From contig CAJFCJ010000012.1 in NCBI GenBank assembly GCA_904063045.1, positions 434,001-498,000 of the forward strand: a stretch of DNA of 64,000 nt. Direction: 5' to 3'. The notes under the pieces were generated by a model. It did no database searches. It saw nothing but the letters and a program-made list of their open reading frames with translations, and was not told where the DNA came from. This DNA is from Dimorphilus gyrociliatus (Eukaryota; Animalia; Annelida). The translations under genes were made by a program, and so were the position numbers. This document shows positions 26,767-40,500 of this stretch, piece after piece (the stretch's first letter is position 1; each line of letters opens with the position of its first letter).

Positions 26767-27572
26767 ATGAAGTTGACTCTAATAGTGACACTTATGGTCA
26801 TTACAATAGCCACTGCTTATGGTTTACAATTTAAAGAACGTAGGGGTTTCCGTCTTGGAGCTTCTGATAGATTTTCTCATGGATTCGGAAAGCGAGCAGA
26901 CCTTTTCGAACAAGAGTAAGAATTTTCTTTTTTTCCAGATATGAAGGTGAACTTATCACTCTCTAGACGTGATTTTGTATATAAGTACACAATTGCTATA
27001 AAGATATTTGACAACTTCAAAATATTTTATACACCTTTCCTCCTGAGAATTTACTTTATTTCATTCATTCTATTCTTGCCTAGTGTTGAATAGCTTGTTT
27101 AGATTTATTCGCATATTTTCATTAAATATTTTGTAAATAGTTTTCCTTCTTACAGAATAGTGCTATCGGTTAACAAACTATCAGAAAAACTGGCGAACAA
27201 TCCTCAATTTGCCCGCTTATTTTTGGACAGAGTAATCGACCGAAACGGTAAAATCATTTACAAACTTGAGTAGTTGTTGAGTAAATTCTATATATTTTCT
27301 AGAGCAGCTGCCAATCAAGCTAATTTGACAGCTTGTATATATTCTATTGTAAATAAAAATTTGTCGATCTTATACAATTTCAACATTTTCCTTTGTATTC
27401 AATAATTTTATTGGATTTATTTATGTAACATATATATTTCATTCTCCTTCGAATTTTTTTAATGAATATTCAAATTAGTTGAATATACATGTCTAAAATA
27501 ATATTTAATTGAACAGGCGATGGACTCATTACGAAAAGTGAATTGCTTAGGGATGATTCCGAGAAAAAGTAA
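26767..27572 (+). CDS. AT: Allatotropin / annelid myoactive tetradecapeptide precursor; 3 exons (26767-26915, 27156-27247, 27517-27572)
   Basis: Signal peptide, then RR-GFRLGASDRFSHGF-G-KR (peptide at 26845-26886). It closely resembles the earthworm tetradecapeptides GFKDGAADRISHGFa and GFRDGSADRISHGFa. Not in the ORF track. Confidence 0.92.
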
Positions 27573-28693
27573 ACAATTGGATAAGAAAAGTTTATTTTTT
27601 TGTGTATTAAAAGAAGAGAAAGATATATGTATATATCTATATCTATGTATGTATTTATATATATATTTATATATATATAAATATATAAGTTATAGTTGTC
27701 GCACTTTTCAGTTTTTATATGTGTTGTAAAAAGAAAGATTAAAAAAATATTTATTTATGTTTTTCCCTTTTGATTGAAAGAAAAACTCTGACAGATTATA
27801 TGACACAAAAATACTTGCATTGAATAAACGGAACCGCAAATTACACTTTTTAACTAATATTTAATATAATTCAAAAGAGAGAGAGAGAGAAAGAAAGAGA
27901 AGTAAGAAAAAACAATATATAGTTAATATACTTAATATACTAAGAGTGACTTATATTAGGTACTTATATCATGCTTCCATTTACGAATGTAAGGACAATA
28001 AGATAACTGAATTAATAACACACCCACATAAATCAACATGCATATATTGTAATTAGAATTGAGAAAATCTTTGAGTGGTTTTTTTTTTCTTCATCCCTCT
28101 GTTTTGTAGAGGAATAACTGACTAAATCTAAATCCTCGGCTAAAAGGATAAGCTGCCTGGAATTCATATGAGGGATGGTTGGATAGTATCATGACTGTCT
28201 TATTTACCTTAAGTACCCTTATACACCCTTTCCTTTATTATAACTTGACAATAAATCAACAGGATCACGAAAAATATTTGGCTGCAGAATTCTGAGAATC
28301 TTGCTCAATTTCCATACAAGGCGTTGCCTTAAAAGATACAAAAGTACACAAGGAGAAGTCTAGATAAAAGTAGACCTATAGTAAAAATATCATAAAAATA
28401 CTTATATAGTTGTGTTAACAAGTGATTTAAATGAACAACTCGTGTTACATCCATAATAATATTCATAATATTTATTCATTCTATTTTATTATAAACTAGA
28501 TGGCGTAACCTATACCGCCCCTTTATTGTTTGTTATCTGTTTATTCGTATTGCATATTTGAAAAGCGACCCCTTCCGAGTAGGTTAATAATTGGTTCAAA
28601 TTAGTAATAAGAAGTTGTGAGATTCGTTAGATACAAAATAATATTGATTTAAAGTAAGACCGATCGTTTCAGCGAAATATTAAATATTTTGTA

Positions 28694-29817
28694 TTATTTC
28701 TTCTTTTTACATTTGCATTTCAACATTCTAATTAGCTCTCTTCTGTAGATTTTGTTGCATGAAACATAAATTATCGGATTAATTAGCGGTAGCAGGACAA
28801 TTAAGATTGTGGTTATGACATGTTCGAGTCCAATAATATCCGGGTTATTCTTTATCATGTCGACCACTAGCCTAACCTATGGAATAAATAAGAAATGATA
28901 GGAAGACATTTAAAATTAATAGTTTTTTAAAACGCTATAATTATTTTACTTACGAAAAAAGGAACAGTTAATAAAGTGTTAACCGTTGCAATAACTTTTG
29001 TAACAAGACTAAACATTTCAAATTTCTCTTTCCCATACTTTTTTATGTTAATTTTTCTTTTTAATGTATCCAAAGCGTATTCTATTCTACTCTTACGCTT
29101 TTCTTCTATAGTTTTATTATATTCAGTTTCACTGTCCATCGATATGAACTCTTTCATTTCGAATGTATTTTTATTATTGTTTGGTGTAGTTTTCCCTCTT
29201 TTTTCAGCCAACCTTGCTGCTATTAAACTAGTAATACAAACCATAAATGCATTACCTAAGCCATAAATGACCAGATAGGATAAGATGAGAGTGTGAACTA
29301 CATTGTTCTTTCCAGCTGTTACGTCCAAACCACATATTCTATTATCTTGATAATAATTGTATGGCACAGTTAATCCATATAAAGGTAGAGAAGTTATGAC
29401 CATATTCAATATTCCTATAATTATGATAAATATAAAAACATTTCTAATACTCATAAACTCAAGTAATTTAAAGTGTGTTGTTAATAGGATATATCGATGA
29501 GTACTTAGAAGCGTCACAACAAGTATAGACGTCATAAAACAGACAAACGATACTAATCCCATTATGTTGCAAGTAACATTGTGTCTAAATTCATCGCAAG
29601 TTAATGTGTTAATTAAATGTTGAGTGACTAAAATTGAAGCGTATAATAAATTAGAGATCGACATAAGTTTAATAAGAAAATGAGTAAGAGTTTCCTTCTT
29701 TAATCTTAAACGGCATAATAGAATCATAACAACAAGATTTTCCAATATACCAATAAACAGTGTTACCGGAATTTCAGCCTTCCAGACTATTTCTCTCGAG
29801 CAACTTGTATTGTTCAT
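28694..29817 (-). CDS. Orphan rhodopsin-class GPCR, loosely prostanoid-receptor-like; 2 exons (29817-28954, 28876-28694)
   Basis: Seven hydrophobic segments, TM1 Asn, TM3 Cys, HRY at the DRY position. Exon 2 supplies the rest of TM6, TM7 with NPIIY and a CKC tail. Confidence 0.88.
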
Positions 29818-31577
29818 AATTTCATTAAATAGAATATCTTAATTAAGTTATATAGGTAAATATACAAAGAATTGAAGATATTAATGAAATATCTTCTATC
29901 CTGAGTAAACATATATCCGTGTACAGTTTGTCTGATACGAAATGGCCAACACTGCTATTCGAATAGCGATTATCTCGTCTAATATGAAACCTATAACATA
30001 TTGTGTATTTATTCGTTTTTGGCCTGTCAATCGTCGGACGACTTAATTGTTTTTATCAGTTAAGAGAATAATTTTGTCACTCCTCAATGTAATATAATAT
30101 TGATATAAGCGATACCATTGTCAATAGTTTTTCCTTTGTACAATTAAAAACGAAATTAAATCAAATGACTCTAAACAAGAGAAATTGTTCATCAATTTTC
30201 ATATTTGTCAATCTATTTTTAAATGCGAAATTGCTTTGCAAAACATATTTTGATCGTACGAAGAGTTTTTTATTACGAATATTTCTGTCCAAATTCAAAG
30301 ATATGATGTTTTAATGAAATTTTTAACTGAACTGTATTATTCACCCTATTCCTATTGTAGTAAACAGAATACAATTTTTTATATATGCATATTGTATTCA
30401 ACAACGAGAAGGCTGGGTTATTCAACCTAAGAATTCTATTTCTATAAAACTTGGTTACACTCAACATGCGAAACGAATAAATATAAAATATTTAAAAAAT
30501 TTAAAGATAATTTTTAATTTTCTAGGAACAAAATTCAAAATTGTTATAAGAGCTATTAATCCTATGTAAATACTATGTAAATAAAGGTATTAATAAACAT
30601 TTTGTTAAAAACGGGTTAGATAAATAATACTAGTCTTAAAAAAAACATTAGACCTGTGAAATATTTAAAATTATTTTTAATATTTTATGCTAAAAGATAA
30701 AATCTTATTTATTCTATTTGATCTACAGAGATGAGTGAAGTAAAAGATAGATATTATATTATAGAATAATGTCAATTCTCAGGTAACATTCCTACGAATG
30801 TATTGAATGTTCTACCTATGAAAGCCACTTGAACATTTACCCAGCATGTAAAAAACAAAATCTAAGTTTTTTTTATCATACAATTAAATATATGATCGTA
30901 CAAAAACAAAAATAAAGTTTTCATAGGCCATTAGAAAGAAAATGCAAAATTTTTAAATAGTACGGAAATTAAAAACTACACGAAAGCGTTTCTTTCATCT
31001 TCATTATAAATTTTCTTTTCGTTTTTCTTGAATTGAACAATAAAAAGTAGATACTCTATAAAAAATACTAAACTTATTCTTGTAATATTGTATACTATAT
31101 AAATATATGTTTAATCTATTACACTGCATTAAAATATAGGTTGAACGATAATATAATAACTTCTTAACAATAAAATGGAAATGCGTGATCGTTGTTTCGC
31201 TAATAATGAAGAAAGAAATTTCAAAAATTACATTATATAGCTTTCCAAAAATATATATCTTTAGCTCCGCCTACTTGATGAGAAAACTTCTTATGATTCC
31301 GAAAATTCCTAACCAATAAAAGTTGTCCTATTTGAATATAATAATATAAAAAGGCGGTTTCAATATTACAGCAAGCTCTTGAACTTATAGGGAGGGGACA
31401 AATTCGTATTGAATGTCATGAATGACGGAGCTTTTCAGGCCGGCTGGTTGAACAACGCCTAAGAAATTTCGTTTTTAGTACTGAAACTCATCAAACGATT
31501 TGTTAATTTAGAAAAAAAACTGATTTAATTCGGATTAAATGCAATAAATATTATTTTTATCAAGAGTTTTAACCAAA

Positions 31578-34500
31578 ATGTTCAATATGCTGAGATCCTT
31601 AAAGACAAACATCTATTTAACAATTCTTCTATTTTGTATATTTAAGGGTAAGTAGATAAAAGCCACATTAAAGGTGTTCTGTAAGACTCTGTAAAATAAG
31701 AGTCACTGCATATCTGCAAATTTCAAGAAATATGGATAATAGCGTTATTTAGAGAATACTATGAAATTTCACAAAACCAATTTATATCTTTCAGGAAATA
31801 GCGAAGCTAACCTTACTACGTCAAATTCATCACTGGAAACATCCTCAATGCAAAGTACTATGTCAGCATCCAATACTCAATACAGTACAACAGAGACAAT
31901 AAATTCTACCACAGAAACAAGTAGTACTCAATATAGCGAAACAGCCTCAGTATCATACAGTCCAACTGCAACACCAGATATGGAAGCCAGTAGTACTCAA
32001 TCAGTGACACCAGAAATGGGAATCAGTACTACTCCATCTGATGCAGCAGAAACTTATGAAACAGAAAGCCCTGAGGTGTATTCTACAACTACGCAAGATA
32101 TGTCGATGGGAACAATGGATAGTAGTAAAACGCCAATGGACGAAGAAGTGACAGATATGACATATAGTAGTACTTCATCAGATGCATCAGCAACTCCTGA
32201 GGTTTATTCTACTAATACGCAAGATATGTCGATGGGAACAATGGATAGTAGTAAAACGCCAATGGACGAAGAAGTGACAGATATGCCATATAGTAGTACT
32301 TCATCAGATGCATCAGCAACTCCTGAGGTTTATTCTACTAATACGCAAGATATGTCGATGGGAACAATGGATAGTAGTAAAACACCAATGGACGAAGAAG
32401 TGACAGATATGCCATATAGTAGTATTTCATCAGATGCATCAGCAACTCCTGAGGTTTATTCTACTAATACGCAAGATATGTCGATGGGAACAATGGGTAG
32501 TAGTAAAACGCCAATGGATGAAGAAGTGACAGATATGCCATATAGTAGTACTCCATCAGATGCATCAGCAACTCCTGAGGTTTATTCTACTAATACGCAA
32601 GATATGTCGATGGGAACAATGGGTAGTAGTAAAACGCCAATGGATGAAGAAGTGACAGATATGCCATATAGTAGTACTCCATCAGATGCATCAGCAACTC
32701 CTGAGGTTTATTCTACTAATACGCAAGATATGTCGATGGGAACAATGGATAGTAGTAAAACGCCAATGGACGAAGAAGTGACAGATATGCCATATAGTAG
32801 TACTTCATCAGATGCATCGGCAACTCCTGAGGTTTATTCTACTAATACGCAAGATATGTCGATGGGAACAATGGGTAGTAGTAAAACGCCAATGGATGAA
32901 GAAGTGACAGATATGCCATATAGTAGTACTCCATCAGATGCATCAGCAACTCCTGAGGTTTATTCTACTAATACGCAAGATATGTCGATGGGAACAATGG
33001 ATAGTAGTAAAACGCCAATGGACGAAGAAGTGACAGATATGCCATATAGTAGTACTTCATCAGATGCATCGGCAACTCCTGAGGTTTATTCTACTAATAC
33101 GCAAGATATGTCGATGGGAACAATGGGTAGTAGTAAAACGCCAATGGATGAAGAAGTGACAGATATGCCATATAGTAGTACTCCATCAGATGCATCAGCA
33201 ACTCCTGAGGTTTATTCTACTAATACGCAAGATATGTCGATGGGAACAATGGATAGTAGTAAAACGCCAATGGACGAAGAAGTGACAGATATGCCATATA
33301 GTAGTACTCCATCAGATGCATCAGCAACTCCTGGTATTAATTCTACTAATACACAAGAAATGCCGACAGGAACAATGGATGGTAGTGAAACACCAATGGG
33401 TGAAACAGCAACAGATATGCCACATAGTAGTACTCCATCAGATGCATCAGCAACTCCTGATATTGATTCTACTAATACGCAAGATATGTCGATGGGAACA
33501 ATGGATAGTAGTAAAACACCAATGGACGAAGAAGTGACAGATATGCCATATAGTAGTACTCCATCAGATGCATCAGCAACTCCTGGTATTAATTCTACTA
33601 ATACACAAGAAATGCCGACAGGAACAATGGATGGTAGTAAAACACCAATGGGTGAAACAGCAACAGATATGCCACATAGTAGTACTCCATCAGATGCATC
33701 AGCAACTCCTGATATTGATTCTACTAATACGCAGGAAATGCGGACAGAAACAACGGAAGGTAGTAAAACACCAATGGGTGAAACAGTCACAACAGCTAAA
33801 CAAGAAGCAACTAAAGATTTAACAACAAAAACCGTTGATGCTACTACAGCTGGTCCAAATTGTGCCAATGGAGGCGTAACTTGCCTCAATGAAGGTTTTT
33901 GCATAGATGAAAAGTGTGTTTGTAGTAACGGATGGAAAGGAGAAACTTGTTCAGATGATGTAGATGAATGCGAAGATGCAAATTTTTGTAATGGTGGAAT
34001 TTGTAATGGCTCTTTTCCCACTGGAAGCTTTACCTGTACGTGTGGTAATGATAAGACCGGTCGTCGTTGTGAAAATAGTTAAGTATAAAAAATTCTCTGT
34101 AAAGTCATTAATTTTAAATGTTATTTAGATAAGCCATGCCCCAGTTTATGTAAATGTACTGACGCTGCTCCTTCAACCTGTGATAGTTGCATAGATGGTT
34201 ATGAGTTGAATAATGATAATATTTGCGAACGTAATATGTCACTTGTATTTAAATTATAAGGTATATGTAATCATGTATGCTTTTACAGCCAAAAAGTGTA
34301 CTGACAGTGGCTGCACTGAATGTTTGCTAGGAGTTTGTAAGAAATGCGGACATGAATATTATCTTCGTGTTGACAAATGTCAACCCTGCCACGCATCATG
34401 TGATGGGTGTCATGACGATGGTCCGTCAAATTGTATTGAATGTTCAGTGGGATATAATCTTATAGCAGACAGCTGTGAGAGTAAGTTCTAGTTTATCAGG

Positions 34501-37500
34501 AATTATTCTCGCTATTTTAACATTTATTTTAAGAAACATGTGGTAATTCTGGAGATGGATGTGAAAAGTGTACTGGAGATGTTTGTGATAAATGTAAACC
34601 CGGTTATGAAATGCATAATACCGGATGTCGAGGTAAGTGAAGTAATTTTTTTAAACTATAACCTATTTATCATAAACTTGATTAAACAGAGAGAGATTAT
34701 GAGAATCAATGTCAAAGCAATCCATGTGAAAATAATGGAGACTGTGAAGATGGATACTTCGAATTTATCTGCACTTGTAAGGGACCATTTACGGGAAAGA
34801 CTTGCCAAATTTGTACGTGAAATCATAGTAGAATGTGTAATATTCCTAATTCTTGTAATTCCAGTGCCAGAGAGAGTTGGAAGACTTTTCGATTACAGTG
34901 ATGCTATACAAAAAACAAAGAATAGAGATTCATTCATTGAAAGAGTAAAATTCAGAGAGAAAGTACCATTTATTTATGGGAGTTTTAAGAAGTGCTATGT
35001 GAGGATTTTTGTGCTATAATTTGATTGAAATCTCTAAACTCTATTTATCCTCTCTAGATATCAAGCAATGGCTATATAACACTTCAAAGGAGATACGGAA
35101 GTAAACCTCCTTCTGGTCTAGATGACATAAACCTGCCTAAAAGTTTAAATAGAAAGGCTAAAAAATCTGGTTTTGCAATAATAGCTCCTCTTTGGGTGGA
35201 TGGTAGTATCAGAGAAGGAACAGTGTACTATAAAGAATATCAAAATAGGGGGGGCATAAATATCAAAGACTTCGCTCAACTTCAGTATATAAACCAATAT
35301 ATTAGAGCTAAAACAGAACAGGAAACATTTGAAACATCTTGGGCTTTCATTGTTACTTGGGAGGATTTGGGCCCATATGGTGGTAGATCAAGTGAAGTAA
35401 ACATCTAGTTTTTGTAAGCATTTGATTTTTTCTTATTAAATTGTAAAATATTTCAGAGAGCAACATTTCAATTACTTTTGGTTAAAGGAAGTCAAGAAGG
35501 TGTTGATTCAACAGAAGTGTATGCCGTCTTCTTATATGAAGAAATAAAATTTGCTAAATTATCCAATTATCAAAATGCGGTTGGATATTTCGCTATGAAA
35601 GGAGAACAATCCACAAGTGACAGTATTGGTATCAGTGGAACTGATACTGTATTTGATTTGGATGTTGAATCTTATGAAGGTATTTAATGGTATTATTTAA
35701 TAGAATTTATATTATCTTAAATTTACTTTCCTTAGACGAAGTTGGTGAAATATTTTGGCCAATTAGTACCGAAGACATTATAGATTACGACAGACAATGT
35801 AATGCATGGATTAATATGCAATCTGCTATTCAATTTTGGATTAATGTGGCTCGCTTTTTAGCTTTGGTATGTCAAATATAATAGCAAGATAGCTTGGAAA
35901 TTTTACAACTTTTTTTATAGCCATGTCCATGTTCAATTTTCCAAGCGTCAATTGATCGTTCCATGCGATTTGCATACAGTGCAGGTGGTGCAACATGCTT
36001 TGCTAGAGTATTCAGATATTCCTATGTCAGTCATTTTATACATTTTTATCGTAATAATTATTGACATAATACTTATTTTCTCAGACGTGTTGCTACAGAG
36101 ATTCCTCTTTGGTTACTGATCCAGCTTCAAGTGGACATTTAAATGTCTTCAATCCTTATTTTCACCGTACAAATTTCTTAATTGACTTAAGAGCTAAACA
36201 AGACTGCTGTATTAATTCCGATAATTGCAATGACTACATCTCTTACCGGCCAATAGATAACTGTTTTCGTTATAGACCACCTTTCTTCTCATGGGGCTTT
36301 GGTGACCCACATGTTCAGACTCTGGATGCATTTACATATACTTTCAACGGTCTCGGAGAGTATTCTTTGATTGAAGCTGATGAATTTGACATTCAAGTAT
36401 AAATTTTCCTTTCTTATATTTTATCTACCTATTTAATTACTTATCAGTGATTTTTAATTACAGGCCAGAACTTATAGAGTTACAAACGAAAACACAGGAG
36501 AGTTAGCTTTTGCCACAAGTTATGCAGCCTACGTTGCTAGAGACAAAGGGGCTTCACATGGATTCCAAATTCAATTAAACAAAACTAATAACGGTGATAT
36601 TATATATTTTAAATAAATTAAACTCATAAGCTTTATTTGCTTGTTCTAGGTTTAACTTTGTTTAAACTGGATAGTTCAAAACTAGCTACAGATATTACAA
36701 AAACATTTATGGATACAAAAGATGGAGAGCTTGTTAAAGATATAAGTGATGACTTCAGTCTTACCAAAAATAGCGCTACAGAGGTTGAGGTGACTCTCAG
36801 TACTTCTGGTAAGCTACTAAATTATTTAAAAATTATCTTTATAAAATAAAAGTGTGTTTTCTATTATGACAAATTAAATAGGTGTAACATTAACTTTTAC
36901 TTACAACAATGGACAAGTTGACTATTCTGCTGGTATACCACAAATCTTTAGGGGTAAAACAAGGTATTTATTACTCAATTCTATACTTTTTTGGTTAATC
37001 ATAAGCTATCATTTAAATAAAGAGGTCTCATGGGAAACTTTGACGGAGATAAGACAAATGATTTAGTTCCTAAAAATGGAAGCATTCATATATCAGTTAA
37101 TGCAAGTCAGGAGGAAATCTTTAAGCAGTTTGGAGAAACATGGAGACTATCAGCAGAAGAATCTCTTTTCTCCTATATAGACGGTGGCGCTTGGATCGAT
37201 TATAATGATGTGAATTTTATTCCTAAATTTCTTCCAAAAATTATCCCTCAAGAAGTAAAAGACAAATGTACATCCAATAATGTGCTAAACGAAAATTGTG
37301 CTTTTGATTTGATAAATACTGGAAATGATAAACTAGCTGAAGCTTCAAAAGAGACCCAAGAAAAGGGAGATGAACTAGCTAACCAACTATCTAACACTGC
37401 TCCGACACTTTCAGCTTTCATGAAAGACGGAGTTACTAACCTTACAGCTCTACAATGCTCAATTGGAACAAACTGTACTTTCATTCTTGAAGCTGAGGAT

Positions 37501-40500
37501 CCAGATGGAGATCCAATGGAATTTAGTGTTTTATCACTTCCAACAGGCAGTATATATTTTATAAACGAGCAAGACCAAGTAAACAATAAACGAAGAGCCA
37601 CTGTTAATTGGCTTGGTAAACAATTATCACCAAATGCCACTGATACACTTGCGTAAGGCTCTTTTTTACTTTGCATTATTCTAAAATAACCTCCTGCTTA
37701 CTCGTGTAGATTTAAGGCTTTCGATGGAAAACAAAATTCTTCATCAGTGTTAATTCGCTTACTAGTATGCGACACTTGTACAAATGGGGAATGCAACTTC
37801 GACGAAGCACGTGAGGATTATCCCTCAGATAGTAGTTATGTTGCAGTTGTGTGTCAATGTGACATTGGTTATGAAGGAGATAATTGCGAAGATGACAAGA
37901 ATGGCTGTGAAGAAAATACTTGCTTTACTAATTGTACCGATAATACCGCAGCAATTGAGAAGTCCACTGGACAACCCTACACTTGCGACCCATGCCCAGA
38001 AGGCTATGTAGCAAGTTCGGACAAAACTAGGTGTAATGGTGAGTTTATCGTGAAAAATAATTTATTACCTGTATATCAATCTTTCTCTTTACTGTACAAC
38101 AGACGTAGACGAATGTGCAGAAAATAAAGACAATTGCGATAAATCGTCGACAAAATGTGTTGATATTGATGGAAGTTACAGATGCGAATGCTTGGAAGGA
38201 CTTAAGAATTTTAATAAAACTTCCTGCATTGGTATTAATTTATATATTCACAAATACTATGTTATTAAATATTTATATTTCTTAGATATTGATGAATGTA
38301 TTGGAAATAATGATTGTGCTCATATTTGCAAAAATTCTTTCGGCAATTATAACTGCGAATGTAGAGACGGTTTTACAACTGATAATAACGGGAAAACTTG
38401 CAACCCGACTGGAAGTGACACTGACTGTAATCTGAATCCGGTTGTAAATGGTTGTCCTGACACATCGTTAGGATGCTATAAACCAAGTGGTGGCGTTAAA
38501 AGATGCGTTTGCCCAAAAGGTACCGAAGATGGAACAGGAGTAACAGACTGCAATGGTATAACTTTGTATTTTATTTTAATAATAGTTACTAAATTTCATC
38601 CAAAAAAATAAGATATTAACGAATGTTCGGACTCATCGAAGAATTTGTGTGATGAAACAAATGGTGGTTGTATTGATATAAACGGAGGATACAACTGCAC
38701 TTGTAAAGATGGTTTTCAATTGGATAATGACAAGATTAGCTGTAATGCTTGTCCTTCCGGACGTTGGGGAAAAGATTGTGCAAATATTTGTAATTGTAAA
38801 TCTTCTTCAACTGAATGCAACACGAGTACAGGTAAATATTATCAACCATTTAGATTGACTGCAAAATTATAAAACTTTTATTATTACTTAGGTTGCAAAG
38901 AATGTAAAGATGGTTTTGAAGGCGGACACTGTAATAATATAAATGAATGTAACAAGACAGCAAACGGTGGATGTGATTCAAATTCAGAATGTAAAGATAC
39001 AATTGGATCTTTCAATTGTCTTTGTAAAAAGGGCTATAAGAGAGGAAGCACTGCTTTGGTTTGTGTAGAAATAAATGAATGTGACTCCAGTCCTTGCCAA
39101 AACGATGGTGAATGCATTGATAAATTGAATGAATTTGAATGTAAATGCAAACCAGGATTCCAGGGTTTAACCTGTGGAGGAAGTAAGAAATAATATACTG
39201 TATATAATTTAAAAAATAAATTATTTCAATTTTCGTAAATTTTAGATATTGATGAATGTGAATCGAAGCCCTGTATGAATAACGGCGAATGTGTAGATAA
39301 AGTAAATGACTACTTTTGCAATTGCACAAGTGAGTATACCGGAAAAAACTGCGAGGTAACAAAAGGATTATGCGAACAAGCAAATCCTACCCTAGCTGGA
39401 AAATGTGAAAGTGGTTCTTGTGAAGTTGGTAAAGATGGTGTTATACGTTGTAAATGTCCTGCTGGTAAGCAACCCGGCAGTGACAGAGCAAGTTGCATTG
39501 ACTTTAATGAATGCGATAGCAGTCCTTGTAAAAATGATGGAGAGTGCATAAATGGCGACAATAAATTTGAATGTAACTGCAAACCTGGATGGACGTCTCC
39601 AAATTGTGAAAAGGGTTAGCTTGTCTTCAAAAATTTTAATGCAATATAAATTTCAACTGAATTATTAAAATATTTTAGATGTTGATGAGTGCAAAGAAAA
39701 TAAATGTACAGCTGGTAACTTTGATTCTTGTACAAATTCACTAGGAGACTATGAATGCAAATGTAAATCGGGTTTCTATGGAAAGAACTGTGAATTTGGT
39801 TAGCATAAAAAAATATAGATAGATTTTATACTGTATATTCATTGCTTTCCTTTCATTTATTTAATTTTACATGTTTATTTTTAGATAATTCTGCTTGTGG
39901 TGATGCTACACTGCAACAGACATGCTTGAATGACTACAAGGTTGGATGCTATGAGAAAGTTAGTGGCACGAAACGTTGTAACTGTTCAAGCGTTCCTGGT
40001 TTAACAGATGATACTGCTAATGACAAGTGCATGGGTAATTCAATAAAATATAATCATCTGTCTATTCAATTAATTATCACAATAACGTTCCTCTAGATAT
40101 CAATGATTGCAACCCTAATCCTTGTACAAATAGTGGAGTTTGCATAGATAAGTTAAATGACTTCAAATGTAATTGCACTGAAGGTTGGACTGGTAATACT
40201 TGCTCTGAATCGGTTGATGATTGTGCATCGGGACCGTGTAAGAATAGAGCTGTCTGTAAGGATGGAGCCAATAATTATACATGTGAATGCCAGACGGGCT
40301 ATACAGGCAGACATTGTGAGAAAGGTAATGATAAGCTTTTATTTTTGTGAAAGAATTTTCAAATTCCGTGGTGATTCTTTATAGACATTGATGGATGCGA
40401 GGGCAACCCGTGCAAAAATGGAGGAAAATGTACATCGGGTGATGCTGGAAAATTTACGTGCGAATGTCCCAAAGAGTGGAAAGGTACTATCTGCAATGAC

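Noticed and set aside
26767-29817. Idea that the GPCR is the allatotropin receptor
   Set aside because: It lacks orexin/allatotropin receptor features such as DRWYAI and CWxP-type motifs.
33212-34021. 269-aa minus-strand ORF, plus the short Q/H-rich + ORFs at 33316 and 33568
   Set aside because: Antisense or alternate-frame shadows of the 126-bp coding repeat.
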